Source: Phoronis australis (lineage: Eukaryota; Animalia; Phoronida). From it: a stretch of 64,000 bases of DNA. The stretch lies in NCBI GenBank assembly GCA_002633005.1, contig NMRA01000115.1, positions 135,996 through 199,995 on the forward strand, given 5' to 3'. The position numbers were made by a program, and so were the translations under genes. The notes under the pieces were generated by a model. It made no database searches, was not told the DNA's origin, and saw only the letters and a list, made by a program, of their open reading frames with translations. Shown piece by piece: positions 39,101 through 48,497 of this stretch (position 1 is its first letter; every line of letters starts with the position of its first letter).

Positions 39101-42100
39101 TGACAATGGCTTCAGTTGCAGGAGGCTACAAGACAAGACATTGGGATGTTAAAACACACTCAATAAGAATTGATTATTGCCAATTTCACAAGCGTAAAAA
39201 CATAATGTTTTTCGGACACTCCCTCGCCAAAACTGTTCTAAAATGTTCTTACAGACCCGTATTTGTGTCCGTTATACATATATTCAGTCATCAAAGAAGT
39301 GCCTCAGGGTTTCCGTCAAAAATCATGGCAATATTGAGCTGTTGGTTGAATTGACGTGTATTTTAATTAACAATCTCATGAGAAAAAGCAAGAAAGCAAA
39401 ATGTCTTTTCTAACTACCATATCCACGAGGTCACAAACGTAATATGCTAGCAGCATTGCCTTGCTCCATCCCTCCTAAAAGCCCGAGTACATATTTTGTT
39501 CACGTGAAAATGGCAATGAGCGAACAGAGCTTTGCTGATCAACAATTTCTCAAAACAACACTTAATCAGTTCAGTTTCGAGCAGAACCATAATTCCAAAC
39601 ACACAAAACAGCTCCACTAAATACAGTCGAACCTTGTTAAAACCAGACTCAGTGCTTGGAATGGTAACAGCGATATAACGGTAAAAACCTCCAAAACCCA
39701 ATTTTACATATTGCATGTAAGTCTACCTTCGTTGGTAACCACAAACACTTAGAAGGGAGGGGCAGCACTGCAAAAACTTGGGTGGTGATATCCCCCCTCC
39801 CCTCCAGCCCCTTGTGGTGCAGCGCCCATAGACCATGGGCCCGGCCTGGAGCACTGAAAAAAGTGGGGCTATAGCCTTCCCCCACGCCCATATGGTGCGC
39901 CTCCCTTGTCTTAGCATATCTGTTAAATGCATATGTAGATAACAAATTCCAGGTACCTTCATGTATGCTGTAAAGAGGTTCGACAGTGCAATACAAACCA
40001 GGGCTTGACATATTAGCAAGTACATGCTCGTAATCACGATTAGAAAATTCAAGTAAAATACAAGTGGGAAGTTGACTTCACTCACATTAATCAAACGGGC
40101 GACAGAGCTGTACACTCAGCCAATCATGTCAAGCATTTTCCGTGACGTCTTTCAAAGAACTCAGGCGTCCTCTTAATAACTGTCGTCATGCAAATTAACA
40201 GCAGTATAGTTCTCACGAGCCTGAGAATCAAGGTGTGGGCACTTACTCCTCAGTCGCTCTTATACAAATTGAATTACACACTCAGACTCAAAGGATTTCC
40301 TGTTACCATAAGGCTAGTTTCCAACGCGAAAGTTAAAATGTGAAAGTCCAAAATTGGCAAACAGTGTTACTAGAAGTAATGCTGTACCTCGTCCAAACTT
40401 TAATGTGCCAAAGATTTTGCCGCACTGTACTTACAGTGAGTAGTCAAAAATTGCCAAAAGTTCAAAGCAAACTGTCCAGATATAATAAGTACATCTCAAT
40501 TACACTTAATCCTTAACTATAATTTTTTGTTTCGTTTCCTGGTGGGTTTTTGCGTGACTTCAGTGACACAAGAGTAATTTCCGTGAACTTACAGTCAATT
40601 GTTTTAACTTCATCCTAAATACCTTGGTCACAACACAGGATTGACTGAAATGTCAAAACCTGGATGAGATGATCAGAAAACACAATGACACATTGATAAA
40701 ATTCTTCTATGAAACATCAAAATACAAATGAACAAAAGAATCAAGTACTGTCACCAACAAAATCTGAATCCACATAAAAGAAAAAATATAATTTAACCGC
40801 ATCAAAATCCAAAGTACTTGAAGACGTGACTTTTTCATCTTTAATGGTTTGGCAGGTGACTCAAAGTCAGTAATAGTCAGATACACTTTGTGCCTGAAAT
40901 TCAATGCACACATAAATTGTACAGTAATGCATCAGTAAAGGACAATGCCTAACATAGCTAGCCCCTTCACTCAAAAGATATTGTCACACTCTAGTTTATT
41001 CATGTTTAAACTGACCACTTTGTCTACTTAATGGACACTTGTAGAGACTGGATGCTGCGCAACATTTCGGTCGGTGATCTCTCTCATCAGACTGGGGATG
41101 AAGCTAATGCAGGCAAGCATTTTTTACTTGGTGAGCGCAGGTTTTGAAAAGAGTGTAGGTAGAGACCAGAACCAACTACGCAAATTTGCCGGCATGCTTT
41201 TTTTGCCTTATACCATGCAATTCTCATGACTTTCCATTCTCGAATATTTCAAGATTTAATGACTGTGGTTGAACACTGAGTTTAATACTGTAAGCTTGCA
41301 ATACAGATCAGCGATGCATAGACAAAAATTAGGTTATCAATTTGATCTGAACGTCCCCACTCATTGCCCTCAGGAAGACCTGTCTGTATTTTACTACAAC
41401 AGAGAAATAATTAAATGAACAGAGCCCTGCAAATTATTTTCATTGATTACATACCTGATGTATACTGCAGAAAACATATTACAGGCGCTAGGCACATACA
41501 GTGGATACTTTGAGTTGGACTGGAGCCAAATCTGGAAAACACACAGAGTAAAGTGGTTGAATTGTTAACCCAGACATCTAACCTAACAGCACGCAAAATT
41601 ATCTTGTGACAGTGATTGTTGACTCTTATTTCAGATGCAGCAACATTAAGCATCTCATACGACAGTATACAAAATGATGCAACAGTGACTGTTGACTTGT
41701 TATCTCCGATGGAGCAATTAATTAACCACCTCATCAGACAGAACATGAAATGATGCAACAATAACTGTTGATTTGTTATCCCAGACAAAGCAACAAAAAA
41801 ATTCATTATAACCATCTCATGAGACCGAACACAAAATGATGCTACAATGACTGTTGACTTGTTATCCCAGATGGAGCAACAAAGCACCTCACGAGACAGA
41901 ACATAAAATGATACCACAGTAACAGTTGACTTGTTATCCCAGACAGAGTAACATTAAGCATCTCATGAGACAGAACATAAAATGATACCACAGTAACAGT
42001 TGACTTGTTATCCCTGACAGAGTAACATTAAGCATCTCATGAGACAGAACATAAAATGATACCACAGTAACAGTTGACTTGTTATCCCAGACAGAGTAAC

Positions 42101-45100
42101 ATTAAGCATCTCATCAGACAGAACATGAAATGATGCAACAATAACTGTTGATTTGTTATCCCAGACAAAGCAACAAAAAATTCATTATAACCATCTCATG
42201 AGACCGAACACAAAATGATGCTACAATAACTGTTGACTTGTTATCCCAGATGGAGCAACAAAGCACCTCACGAGACAGAACATAAAATGATACCACAGTA
42301 ACAGTTGACTTGTTATCCCAGACAGAGTAACATTAAGCATCTCATGAGACAGAACATAAAATGATGCAACAAGCAACATCAACCATCTCATCACACTTTA
42401 CATAAAATGATGCGACAGTAACAATTGACTGTTATCCCACACGGAGCAACAAAGCATCGCATCAGACAGAATATAAAATGATGTGACAGTGACGGCTGAT
42501 TTGTTATCCCAGATGGAGCAACATTATGCATCTCCTGAGACAGAACTTAAAATGACGCGACAGTGACTGTTGATTTGTTATCCCATAGGGAGCAACATTT
42601 CGCATCTCATGAGACAGAACACTTAATGATGAACTGGATGCCATAGAGAGTAAAAGTGAAATTTTAATCCAGATAGAGTAGCACAGCTAGCGTCTCATTG
42701 AACACAACACATAAGCAAAATGGGAAACAAAGATTTTCACTGAGGCTGTGAGTATGAGCTGCTTCAGTCCAGTTGTAAACATGAACAGCACCACAACATG
42801 TTGCACAGCATGTTTCAGGTGTCACCTGACAAAATGGACAAGCTGAGCACATTCAACTTAGAGCAATTTTTTGGCCGCATCTTGCGGAAGTTAAAGAAAT
42901 TAAAAATCACATTTGCGTTACTAATGATACTTATTCCAAGAGTCAATTATTCACCTTTCACCTGAAGTGTTGTTTGACCTGTGTCAATTTTCAGAAATAG
43001 GTAGGCCCAGCTATATGTGAAGAATGCAAAGTAGATAAGCAGCAGAAATCTGATAAAACAACTTGCCCGCAAACTTGTGAACAGACAAATTTTCCAGTGG
43101 TATTTTGAACAGTGCGTGGGAATCAACTAGCACTAGGACATGTACTGATTACCTTGAACAAAATGCAAATCTTGCTAGCTTAATTGTATAACCTTTATCC
43201 AGTTTTGTTGACAGGGTCTTTACTGTCTATGTGTCACTTTGATTCAGTTCAACAGAGATAGGGAAACGGAGGTCTAATTAGTTTTAGCACCCATAGCAAA
43301 CCCAGCGAAAACCCGAGTTGGCCTATCAATACTGAAGGGCTTGTCTTGACTTAACAAATTCCGAGGTGGTGTCCTGTCCAGATTGTTTTTATAAACAAGA
43401 TGATTTTTGTGCAAATTCAGTCATAATTGTTCGTTATGTCTGGTACCCGCTGACCTGACACTTGTGTGAATGCAACCACAAAGTTACGCAGGTTTTTGTC
43501 TATGTCACGCTTATTTTCTGGCAAAAATGGTGCTCATTTGAGGAAGATTTTACTCGGTGAGGACGATCAGATGCAACTATGCTTTGTTATTGAACCTAGT
43601 AGCTCACCCATGCGCTAACCCAGCCTTCAATATAGGGGGAGTGCTCGAATTCCTAACGTTGTGGACCCTTTAGTAACAAAATAGTCGGCAGACTATCAAA
43701 AAAAACAGACGCACCACTGTGAATTGCGCGTTTGTGCTTGTTTAGCGGACTTTTTGTTTCTCACAGGCAGACCTTTTTGCCCACTTCGCCAAATGGGGGG
43801 CTCATTCAAGTCCCCTGAGCCCCCCTGGGTGCGCGCATGTCACCTGATATCATAACTCGACTTTTTGTAAAGTTCATAACATTACACCAAAAATCCAGAC
43901 AATCACCACTGTGTGAAACACTACATCCTTTAGCACAGACAATAGTACCTACAGTAAATAATGTTTTTCAAAATTTTGAAATTTTAACGTCAATCAAAGA
44001 CCTTGCATTTAACTCGACACTAAACATTGCCAAGAGTTCAAAAACTGTTCACGCATTTTTGAAACATTTATCTTACCTCATCAGGTGAAAGATTTAAAGC
44101 CGGAAGTGAACGGTCGTGTTCTCTCACCATAACAGTTTCGTAATGCGAGCTATCTCTAGCTTTCGCACTGAAAATTCAAAACATGTCATTTTAGGGACAC
44201 ATATCTCATGACAACACAACCATACTTGACAACACCTTATGCAAACCGACACTAATTTGGTCAAAAGTAGCAAGCCAGCTATTCCTGTGTATGACAAAAC
44301 ATCAAAACACACCCAGTCAAAATACAAGTTCATGCAACTTTAATGCTGGCAATACATTGATTGCAGTTGATAACATAGAGTAAAAATGAACAAGCGGTTA
44401 GGGCTATATGGTGCTCAATTTATCCGTCGGGCGAACATCAAAAAATTTTTTTTTTGGCCAAGGTTGTGAAGTCATGTATATCGACTATATTTATTTGGAA
44501 ATGGTTTTCATGGAATTTGAACTTACAATTTTGTAAGTCACAGTTCGATGCCTTAGGCCAGTGGAGTCAAACTAGATCCCATTCCATATAGGTGAACAAG
44601 TATTGAAGTATTTTGAGTGTATTTGAGCTATACTAAAGTGAAGGCATCAGTTTGAATATCAACCAATCTGGTACAGCCATGTAAATGAGAAGCACATCTT
44701 GTACACAAAAATGGGTTTTTGTAACAATTCTCTGGACAAAGCTAATAAACTTAGACAGTATGCCTCCAACAACTACTCCACACTCTGCCCAATACCGACT
44801 GTGTCACTTGAACGGTACATTATGAATTGGTATCATTATGATTAACAAAAATACACCAAAACAAATAACTATGAAGTCAATTCATGAATTTGTCACTTTG
44901 GCTTTGGGAGTTTAAGGGATACTTTGCATACCTTCATCAAAACAACTTATAAAATGGCATTAATCCCTCAGCATCAGTATCAATATATGTAACCATGTTC
45001 CATGACCCGAGATCTGAAACTGAAAGTCTATTCGGATGATACAACAACATATGAACAATATTTGATCGAGACGGATGATTTAGAGACATGCAACAGCTTC

Positions 45101-45336
45101 CAACGGTGTCCGACTCGAAAGATACACATTAAAGTAACGTGACTTCAATAGTTTAGCAAACGTTAAGCGGCATTTGCGGAAACTCTCCCTTCGACGTTTC
45201 GTAGAAACAAACGAGTCCAACCCCAAACACGTGGACCCGAACTTAATACTTACACATTACAAAGAGTCTCTAAGCGATTCATCGAGTCGATCAATGTTAA
45301 TGAATGCAAAAGAGTTGATATCAACACGATGTGCAT
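17896..45336 (-). CDS. CATSPERD: Cation channel sperm-associated auxiliary subunit delta-like (CatSper delta/TMEM146), about 790 aa, single-pass type I membrane protein
   Basis: Exons 5'->3': 45336-45254 (or alternative 46793-46744), 44167-44077, 41531-41455, 40893-40818, 39125-38999, 37436-37257, 36905-36820 (this pair is repeated at 36375-36196 and 35842-35757), 33633-33465, 32984-32859, 32352-32312, 30861-30688, 29571-29452, 28360-28277, 27749-27694, 26556-26472, 25220-25168, 23271-23215, 21579-21457, 21170-20984, 19329-19163, 18112-17896. These sum to 2379 nt with consistent phases. The translation is colinear with human CATSPERD as I recall it: KVYLTITDFES, VTAAQFLGSSLFLIINGRVY, KQCC...LSTDGGASF, IIPQP..LSNP, FGCPLKAYY, AQTW, NYRSCHD, SYCDLRTTFAVEIYGATP followed by a TM helix. 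The short N-terminus favours delta over epsilon. Confidence 0.86.
19163..19329 (-). CDS. CATSPERD: CatSper delta-like exon
   Basis: NYRSCHDTSVVDTHLYPTQASETYEILNSNLNNGIKWDEQNYIYVFEVIALTRDI; phase 0/2. Confidence 0.88.
20984..21170 (-). CDS. CATSPERD: CatSper delta-like exon
   Basis: YDGNTFIKELDVDYVIHEIHGLNTYKFTMTQKEAGCQQPAQTWQFMLGRQNKSNSSTAWTRQ|gtaagt. Confidence 0.9.
21457..21579 (-). CDS. CATSPERD: CatSper delta-like exon
   Basis: KHRRQNGEEPSGDIVVSYDRASFGCPLKAYYIDKYIPVID; phase 2/2. Confidence 0.88.
22405..22838. mobile_element. MITE of about 435 bp with imperfect terminal inverted repeats of about 38 bp
   Basis: cagtggccagttgcaagaaacagacccaaatagggact versus agtccttatttatgactgtttcatgcaatcaggcactg. 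Confidence 0.6.
23215..23271 (-). CDS. CATSPERD: CatSper delta-like small exon
   Basis: PNSDVICQERFDYKYTIL|gtgagt; phase 2/2. Confidence 0.72.
25168..25220 (-). CDS. CATSPERD: CatSper delta-like small exon
   Basis: VSSVQARCPPSKNLRVR; phase 0/2. Confidence 0.72.
26472..26556 (-). CDS. CATSPERD: CatSper delta-like exon
   Basis: PHEGGHTQVSIVAVDSGSTFVCSRSSYI|gtgagt; phase 2/0. Confidence 0.72.
26980..27716. repeat. Degenerate tandem array with a period of about 42 bp
   Basis: Recurring gtcctagttacccatagtagtcaatattgtgaagtgaaaa(c/t) units, best conserved next to the exon at 27694-27749. Confidence 0.75.
27694..27749 (-). CDS. CATSPERD: CatSper delta-like small exon (inferred)
   Basis: ttttatttcag|ISLISQSEELRLHNIDYY GG|gtaact; supplies the phase 0/2 link needed between its neighbours. 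Confidence 0.55.
28277..28360 (-). CDS. CATSPERD: CatSper delta-like exon
   Basis: LSLSNPMFSSRSTVKKRQLPGGLVVSEM; phase 0/0; SNP motif as in CATSPERD VMVSNPH. Confidence 0.7.
29452..29571 (-). CDS. CATSPERD: CatSper delta-like exon
   Basis: FKFFSSNMSSKVYIIDKGESLILESIIIPQPWVQSGMRLM|gtaggt. Confidence 0.85.
30688..30861 (-). CDS. CATSPERD: CatSper delta-like exon
   Basis: LNASHLIEPNDVITVDGMQMKVWRPKAVSPSLATSLWLLHKDYSLPMLANVSMQQQCP|gtaagt. Confidence 0.8.
32312..32352 (-). CDS. CATSPERD: CatSper delta-like small exon
   Basis: IFGKDGIPFTVIV|gtaggt; the acceptor choice (cagag) is ambiguous by 2 nt. Confidence 0.6.
32859..32984 (-). CDS. CATSPERD: CatSper delta-like exon
   Basis: GKSLSKVICWNCEDNVFVFNKGETVRHFTSGQSFVAFFKTFN; an alternative in-frame donor exists at 32895. 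Confidence 0.7.
33465..33633 (-). CDS. CATSPERD: CatSper delta-like exon
   Basis: AWFVDYKVDRNLRTPVHRSSSFPGHYPTSRQSQVFQPKGFGIFIVASHFLMYSMFH; phase 0/1. Confidence 0.78.
33783..34287. mobile_element. Non-autonomous DNA transposon of about 505 bp with 13-bp TIR and 6-bp TSD
   Basis: TIR CAGGGCTTGGAAT / ATTCCAAGCCCTG; AGTAAC on both flanks (33777-33782, 34288-34293); CpG-rich interior with repeated GCGGAA. Confidence 0.8.
34347..34568. repeat. 44-bp minisatellite, 5 copies
   Basis: cccacaa(g/c)agaaggtacaacatcatggctacagtgtgggtcgct with alternating g/c variants. Confidence 0.95.
35128..35352. repeat. Degenerate tandem repeat with a period of about 22 bp
   Basis: accagccactgaatacatt-like units. 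Confidence 0.8.
35757..35842 (-). CDS. CATSPERD: CatSper delta-like exon (duplicate of 36820-36905)
   Basis: TSPSTWAHGMAFSLAFADLSTLFINETS|gtaagt. Confidence 0.72.
36196..36375 (-). CDS. CATSPERD: CatSper delta-like exon (duplicate of 37257-37436)
   Basis: ITKGVTSLFTKQCCQDNQDKMHVCSVISQMVVAYNESDTRDFFLSTDGGASFRLEKFDA; abuts the N at 36383. Confidence 0.72.
36820..36905 (-). CDS. CATSPERD: CatSper delta-like exon
   Basis: TSPSTWAHGMAFSLAFADLSTLFINETS; phase 1/0. Confidence 0.75.
37257..37436 (-). CDS. CATSPERD: CatSper delta-like exon (CC motif and Asp-box-like STDGGASF)
   Basis: ITKGVTSLFTKQCCQDNQDKMHVCSVISQMVVAYNESDTRDFFLSTDGGASFRLEKFDA; phase 1/1. Confidence 0.85.
38999..39125 (-). CDS. CATSPERD: CatSper delta-like exon
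   Basis: PPATEAIVTAAQFLGSSLFLIINGRVYSSHISHSDPHFTHTS|gtgagt. Confidence 0.85.
40818..40893 (-). CDS. CATSPERD: CatSper delta-like exon
   Basis: HKVYLTITDFESPAKPLKMKKSRLQ; phase 2/0. Confidence 0.8.
41455..41531 (-). CDS. CATSPERD: CatSper delta-like exon
   Basis: IWLQSNSKYPLYVPSACNMFSAVYI; phase 0/2. Confidence 0.72.
41600..42625. repeat. Minisatellite with a period of about 74 bp and a higher-order repeat of about 380 bp
   Basis: Unit gttgacttgttatcccagacagagtaacattaagcatctcatgagacagaacataaaatgataccacagtaaca; the variant block at 41730-41985 recurs at 42110-42365. Confidence 0.92.
44077..44167 (-). CDS. CATSPERD: CatSper delta-like probable exon 2
   Basis: ttttcag|T GCG...GAG|gtaaga; AKARDSSHYETVMVREHDRSLPALNLSPDE; supported by phase, weak homology. 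Confidence 0.55.
45254..45336 (-). CDS. CATSPERD: CatSper delta-like candidate first coding exon (signal-peptide-like)
   Basis: MHIVLISTLLHSLTLIDSMNRLETLCN GT|gtaagt; phase 2 fits exon 44167. Confidence 0.5.
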
Positions 45337-45985
45337 TATTCTGACAGCGGAACAAAACAAGAGCCAATCTCGTATCAGATCAGAAAGAAACAACTTGGGC
45401 AAAAACAACGTCTGCAACCGCGCTACCGGAAATCGAAATGCATACTGACACCTAACGTGTTACGACAACACTACCGACCAGAAGTCTGAAGAACGTCACG
45501 TTCTTCAGACGGTGACAATGATGTCCGGCTGTGCATGGCTTAATTGTTCTTGGAAGTGCCCACTTTGGCTAACAGCACAGATGTTTTTCATGAGGGGGCA
45601 ATCAATGCAATGCTAACGTGCCACAGAGATGGGGTAAAATTTTCAATTTTCTGGTGGATACTTATTTGTCTAGTCCGCGTTTTGCACGTGAACTATGCGG
45701 TCTGTCCTTGATCAGTGCTTGAATAAATTTCGAGCTCACAAGGCTGCACTATAATATAATGACTAACGCGATTTTAAAAAGGTGGAAAAGTCGAGCAACC
45801 CCAGCTCACTACTGTGAATCATACATTTCTCCTGCTTCATGGTTTGGTAGGATAGAAATTAAACTCAGCCGACTGGAGGCTTTCGCCGGCGGCCAGGCCT
45901 CTACTACACGTAGTCCCTTGTTTTCCGCCGATTAAAGTAGAGGCACGGCTGTTGATATAAACTTGGCTAGCACTAGCAGTCTTCA

Positions 45986-45993
45986 TTGATTGG

Positions 45994-46027
<34 letters not shown>
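45986..46027. repeat. (ATTG)n microsatellite
   Basis: attgattggttgattgattgattgattgattgattgattg. Confidence 0.9.
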
Positions 46028-46656
46028 TATCAATTAACGACGGTCCTATAATACACTGAACAGGCGAAAACAGGATTCGTTGACTGAGTCTGAAGTTAAA
46101 ACGTACCAAAACTATGAGTCGCCAACAACAACAGCAGAATCAACAGGAGCAGCAGCTAGCTGGAATCGAGTGGACAAAAACGTGAAGACCACTTTACGAA
46201 AAAGAAACACCTGAAAATGAATTGTGTGTTGCTCCTTTAAGTCGATTCTATCGTTAGCGGGAAAGAATTCTCGGCCAGAGGCAGTCCCGACATATAGAAT
46301 CATCTGGGATTCCGGGTCTCCGAAGTTGGTCAGANTTGATGGATGGATTTATCAATTAACGACGGTCCTATAATACACTGAACAGGCGAAAACAGGATTC
46401 GTTGACTGAGTCTGAAGTTAAAACGTACCAAAACTATGAGTCGCCAACAACAACAGCAGAATCAACAGGAGCAGCAGCTAGCTGGAATCGAGTGGACAAA
46501 AACGTGAAGACCACTTTACGAAAAAGAAACACCTGAAAATGAATTGTGTGTTGCTCCTTTAAGTCGATTCTATCGTTAGCGGGAAAGAATTCTCGGCCAG
46601 AGGCAGTCCCGACATATAGAATCATCTGGGATTCCGGGTCTCCGAAGTTGGTCAGA
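46024..46656. repeat. Near-identical duplication of about 310 bp across a single-N gap (46335)
   Basis: 46024-46334 is repeated at about 46346-46656; produces the duplicate ORFs 46112..46303 and 46434..46733. Confidence 0.9.
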
Positions 46657-46743
46657 TTTTGGTCATCACTATAGAGTGTCACCCTGATCTCTAACTGCAC
46701 ATCCATAGGCACGGCGGTCGCTACCTCTTTCACTGAGTCTCAC

Positions 46744-46793
46744 CACTGACTGCTCCAAATTATCAATGCTGCGCCGATTGCAAGATACACCAT
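46744..46793 (-). CDS. Alternative candidate signal-peptide exon for the CatSper delta-like gene
   Basis: MVYLAIGAALIIWSSQ TG|gtgaga; phase 2 also fits exon 44167, giving SQCAKAR. Confidence 0.35.
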
Positions 46794-46911
46794 TAGCGTC
46801 TTCACGACTTTTAACTTGAGTATGCTATTGGTACAAGTCTGTGTACTTCAATATACAAGAAGTTTTGAACTGACGAACGTGCACAGCTGTATACCGCGTC
46901 CAGCACACAAA

Positions 46912-46936
46912 CGAGCATGCGCATACCGGAAATGGA
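46912..46936. promoter_or_regulatory. Putative promoter motif cluster (NRF1-like GCATGCGCA next to ETS-like CCGGAA)
   Basis: gagcatgcgcataccggaaatgg in a CpG-richer stretch about 120 bp upstream of the ATG at 46793. Confidence 0.3.
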
Positions 46937-48497
46937 GAGAGAACTGACAGGAAGCCATCGGATAAGTACATGTAAGAGCATGTGCATATTGTCTTCACTG
47001 GCTTTAGTGAAAAATTCCTACCAGCTTCAAAGTACAGAAAAAGTGTTACCGCACTGCAGAAAAGACACTAGAGAAACAGGGCTTTGCATTCTCTAAAAAT
47101 TGATTCTTGAATTTAAAAATATTAAGATATTTACTGTATGAATTCTATTCACATCGTTTCCAGTCCCGAACTTTAGAAGCCCATTGTGTATGTAACAATG
47201 TTAAAGCTGGCTTCTCACTAACTAAATCTTCCAGCCGTTCCCCCCAAATAGTAAATTCCAACAGCAACGGAGAGGTGGCAAGTTTTGTTTTCATTTTTTT
47301 TATTTTTAATCTGCATGTTTCGTTGTTTTTCTCTTTTATTGTCCCGAATCTTGGTGAAAGACTATCCCTAACACGCCTACATGTATTGTCGGTCTCCAAC
47401 AGTGCACTATACACAATGTTCTCTAATATTCTGTTAACATTAACAGGTGCAATTTTTAAAATGTTAACTGTTTGCACGAAGGATTATCAAGACAAGACTT
47501 ACGATTTTTGTGAATGAATTAAAGTTACACAAACAATAGAAAAATCTAACAGCTCTTTTGCAATTTAATGTTGAATATTCATATCAAATGAAATTTGGTC
47601 CCGTTGTTGATCTTGTTTTTTGTTGCTTTCAATGTACCTTTTAGTTAAATTTTATCAAAAATACACGGTCACCCAATTAATGGCAAATTGGTATTAAGTC
47701 GAAAATAAAATGATACAGGCAATCATAAAACATATATGTTTTTACTGTGGTAGAAACCAATACTTTTGTAGACATTTACAAGAATCCGCAATAGCCATGT
47801 GTTGTTTATTTTGGTACTTAAACAGTAAAAAGTAAATCTTGGACGGGTAGAATCATGGTTATTAAAGAAAATACACAATAACAAAATTCACCGGTTATAC
47901 CTTTTGCGAATAGCCTGTGGAAAACAGCATGTCCTCACAACATCAAAAACATTAGGTTTCAAGCCACCATGCACTCAAGGGCCGATTGTAAGAGTTTGCC
48001 AGGCTTTAATAAGCTTGATCTTATCTGATCATAAATAATAGTAGGTAAAAATCTCTTTAAGCCTAAAATTTTGATAACATAAACTTTGTGATGTCTTTGA
48101 CCTAGTAACTTGTTGAAAAATTCACCTGGTGTCACGCAATAATCAAACTTATCCAGCAGATAATTTTGAAGTTTTATACAACCCAGCCTTGATGTATTGC
48201 TTGTAGTGAGTGGATTACGTATACATGTTTCTAAAGAATGCGCTTTTATTAATAGTAACACACTACGCTAAACTAATTTCCATTTACTATACGTTAGCTA
48301 GAGTTAAAATAACTATTGGAAAATATAGTCAGTAACCGATATAAGAGAATGGCTTTCAATATCAAGGGACATTGATTAAAACAGATACGCTTGTGCATAC
48401 ATGAACATTTTTTTATATTACAAGGATAATCGTTTCAAATAAAATAATTCGTCTTGTTAGAAAGTTTGCTTTGCTATCCCTGACACGATGATGGTGC

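Noticed and set aside
38884-39354. 156-aa plus-strand ORF
   Set aside because: Antisense to CatSper exon 38999-39125 with no independent support.
41600-42625. Possible CRISPR array
   Set aside because: The units are contiguous and homologous along their full length, with no spacers.
17896-45336. Assignment as CATSPERE (epsilon)
   Set aside because: The C-terminal half resembles both delta and epsilon, but the model lacks epsilon's extra N-terminal region of about 200 aa, and the motifs VTAAQFLGS, CC...STDGGASF, IPQP..SNP and NYRSCHD match delta better. Not excluded without a phylogeny.
46112-46303. Second copy of the MILYVGTASGREFF ORF suggesting a tandem gene pair
   Set aside because: An identical duplicate that abuts the N at 46335; most likely a contig-overlap artefact.
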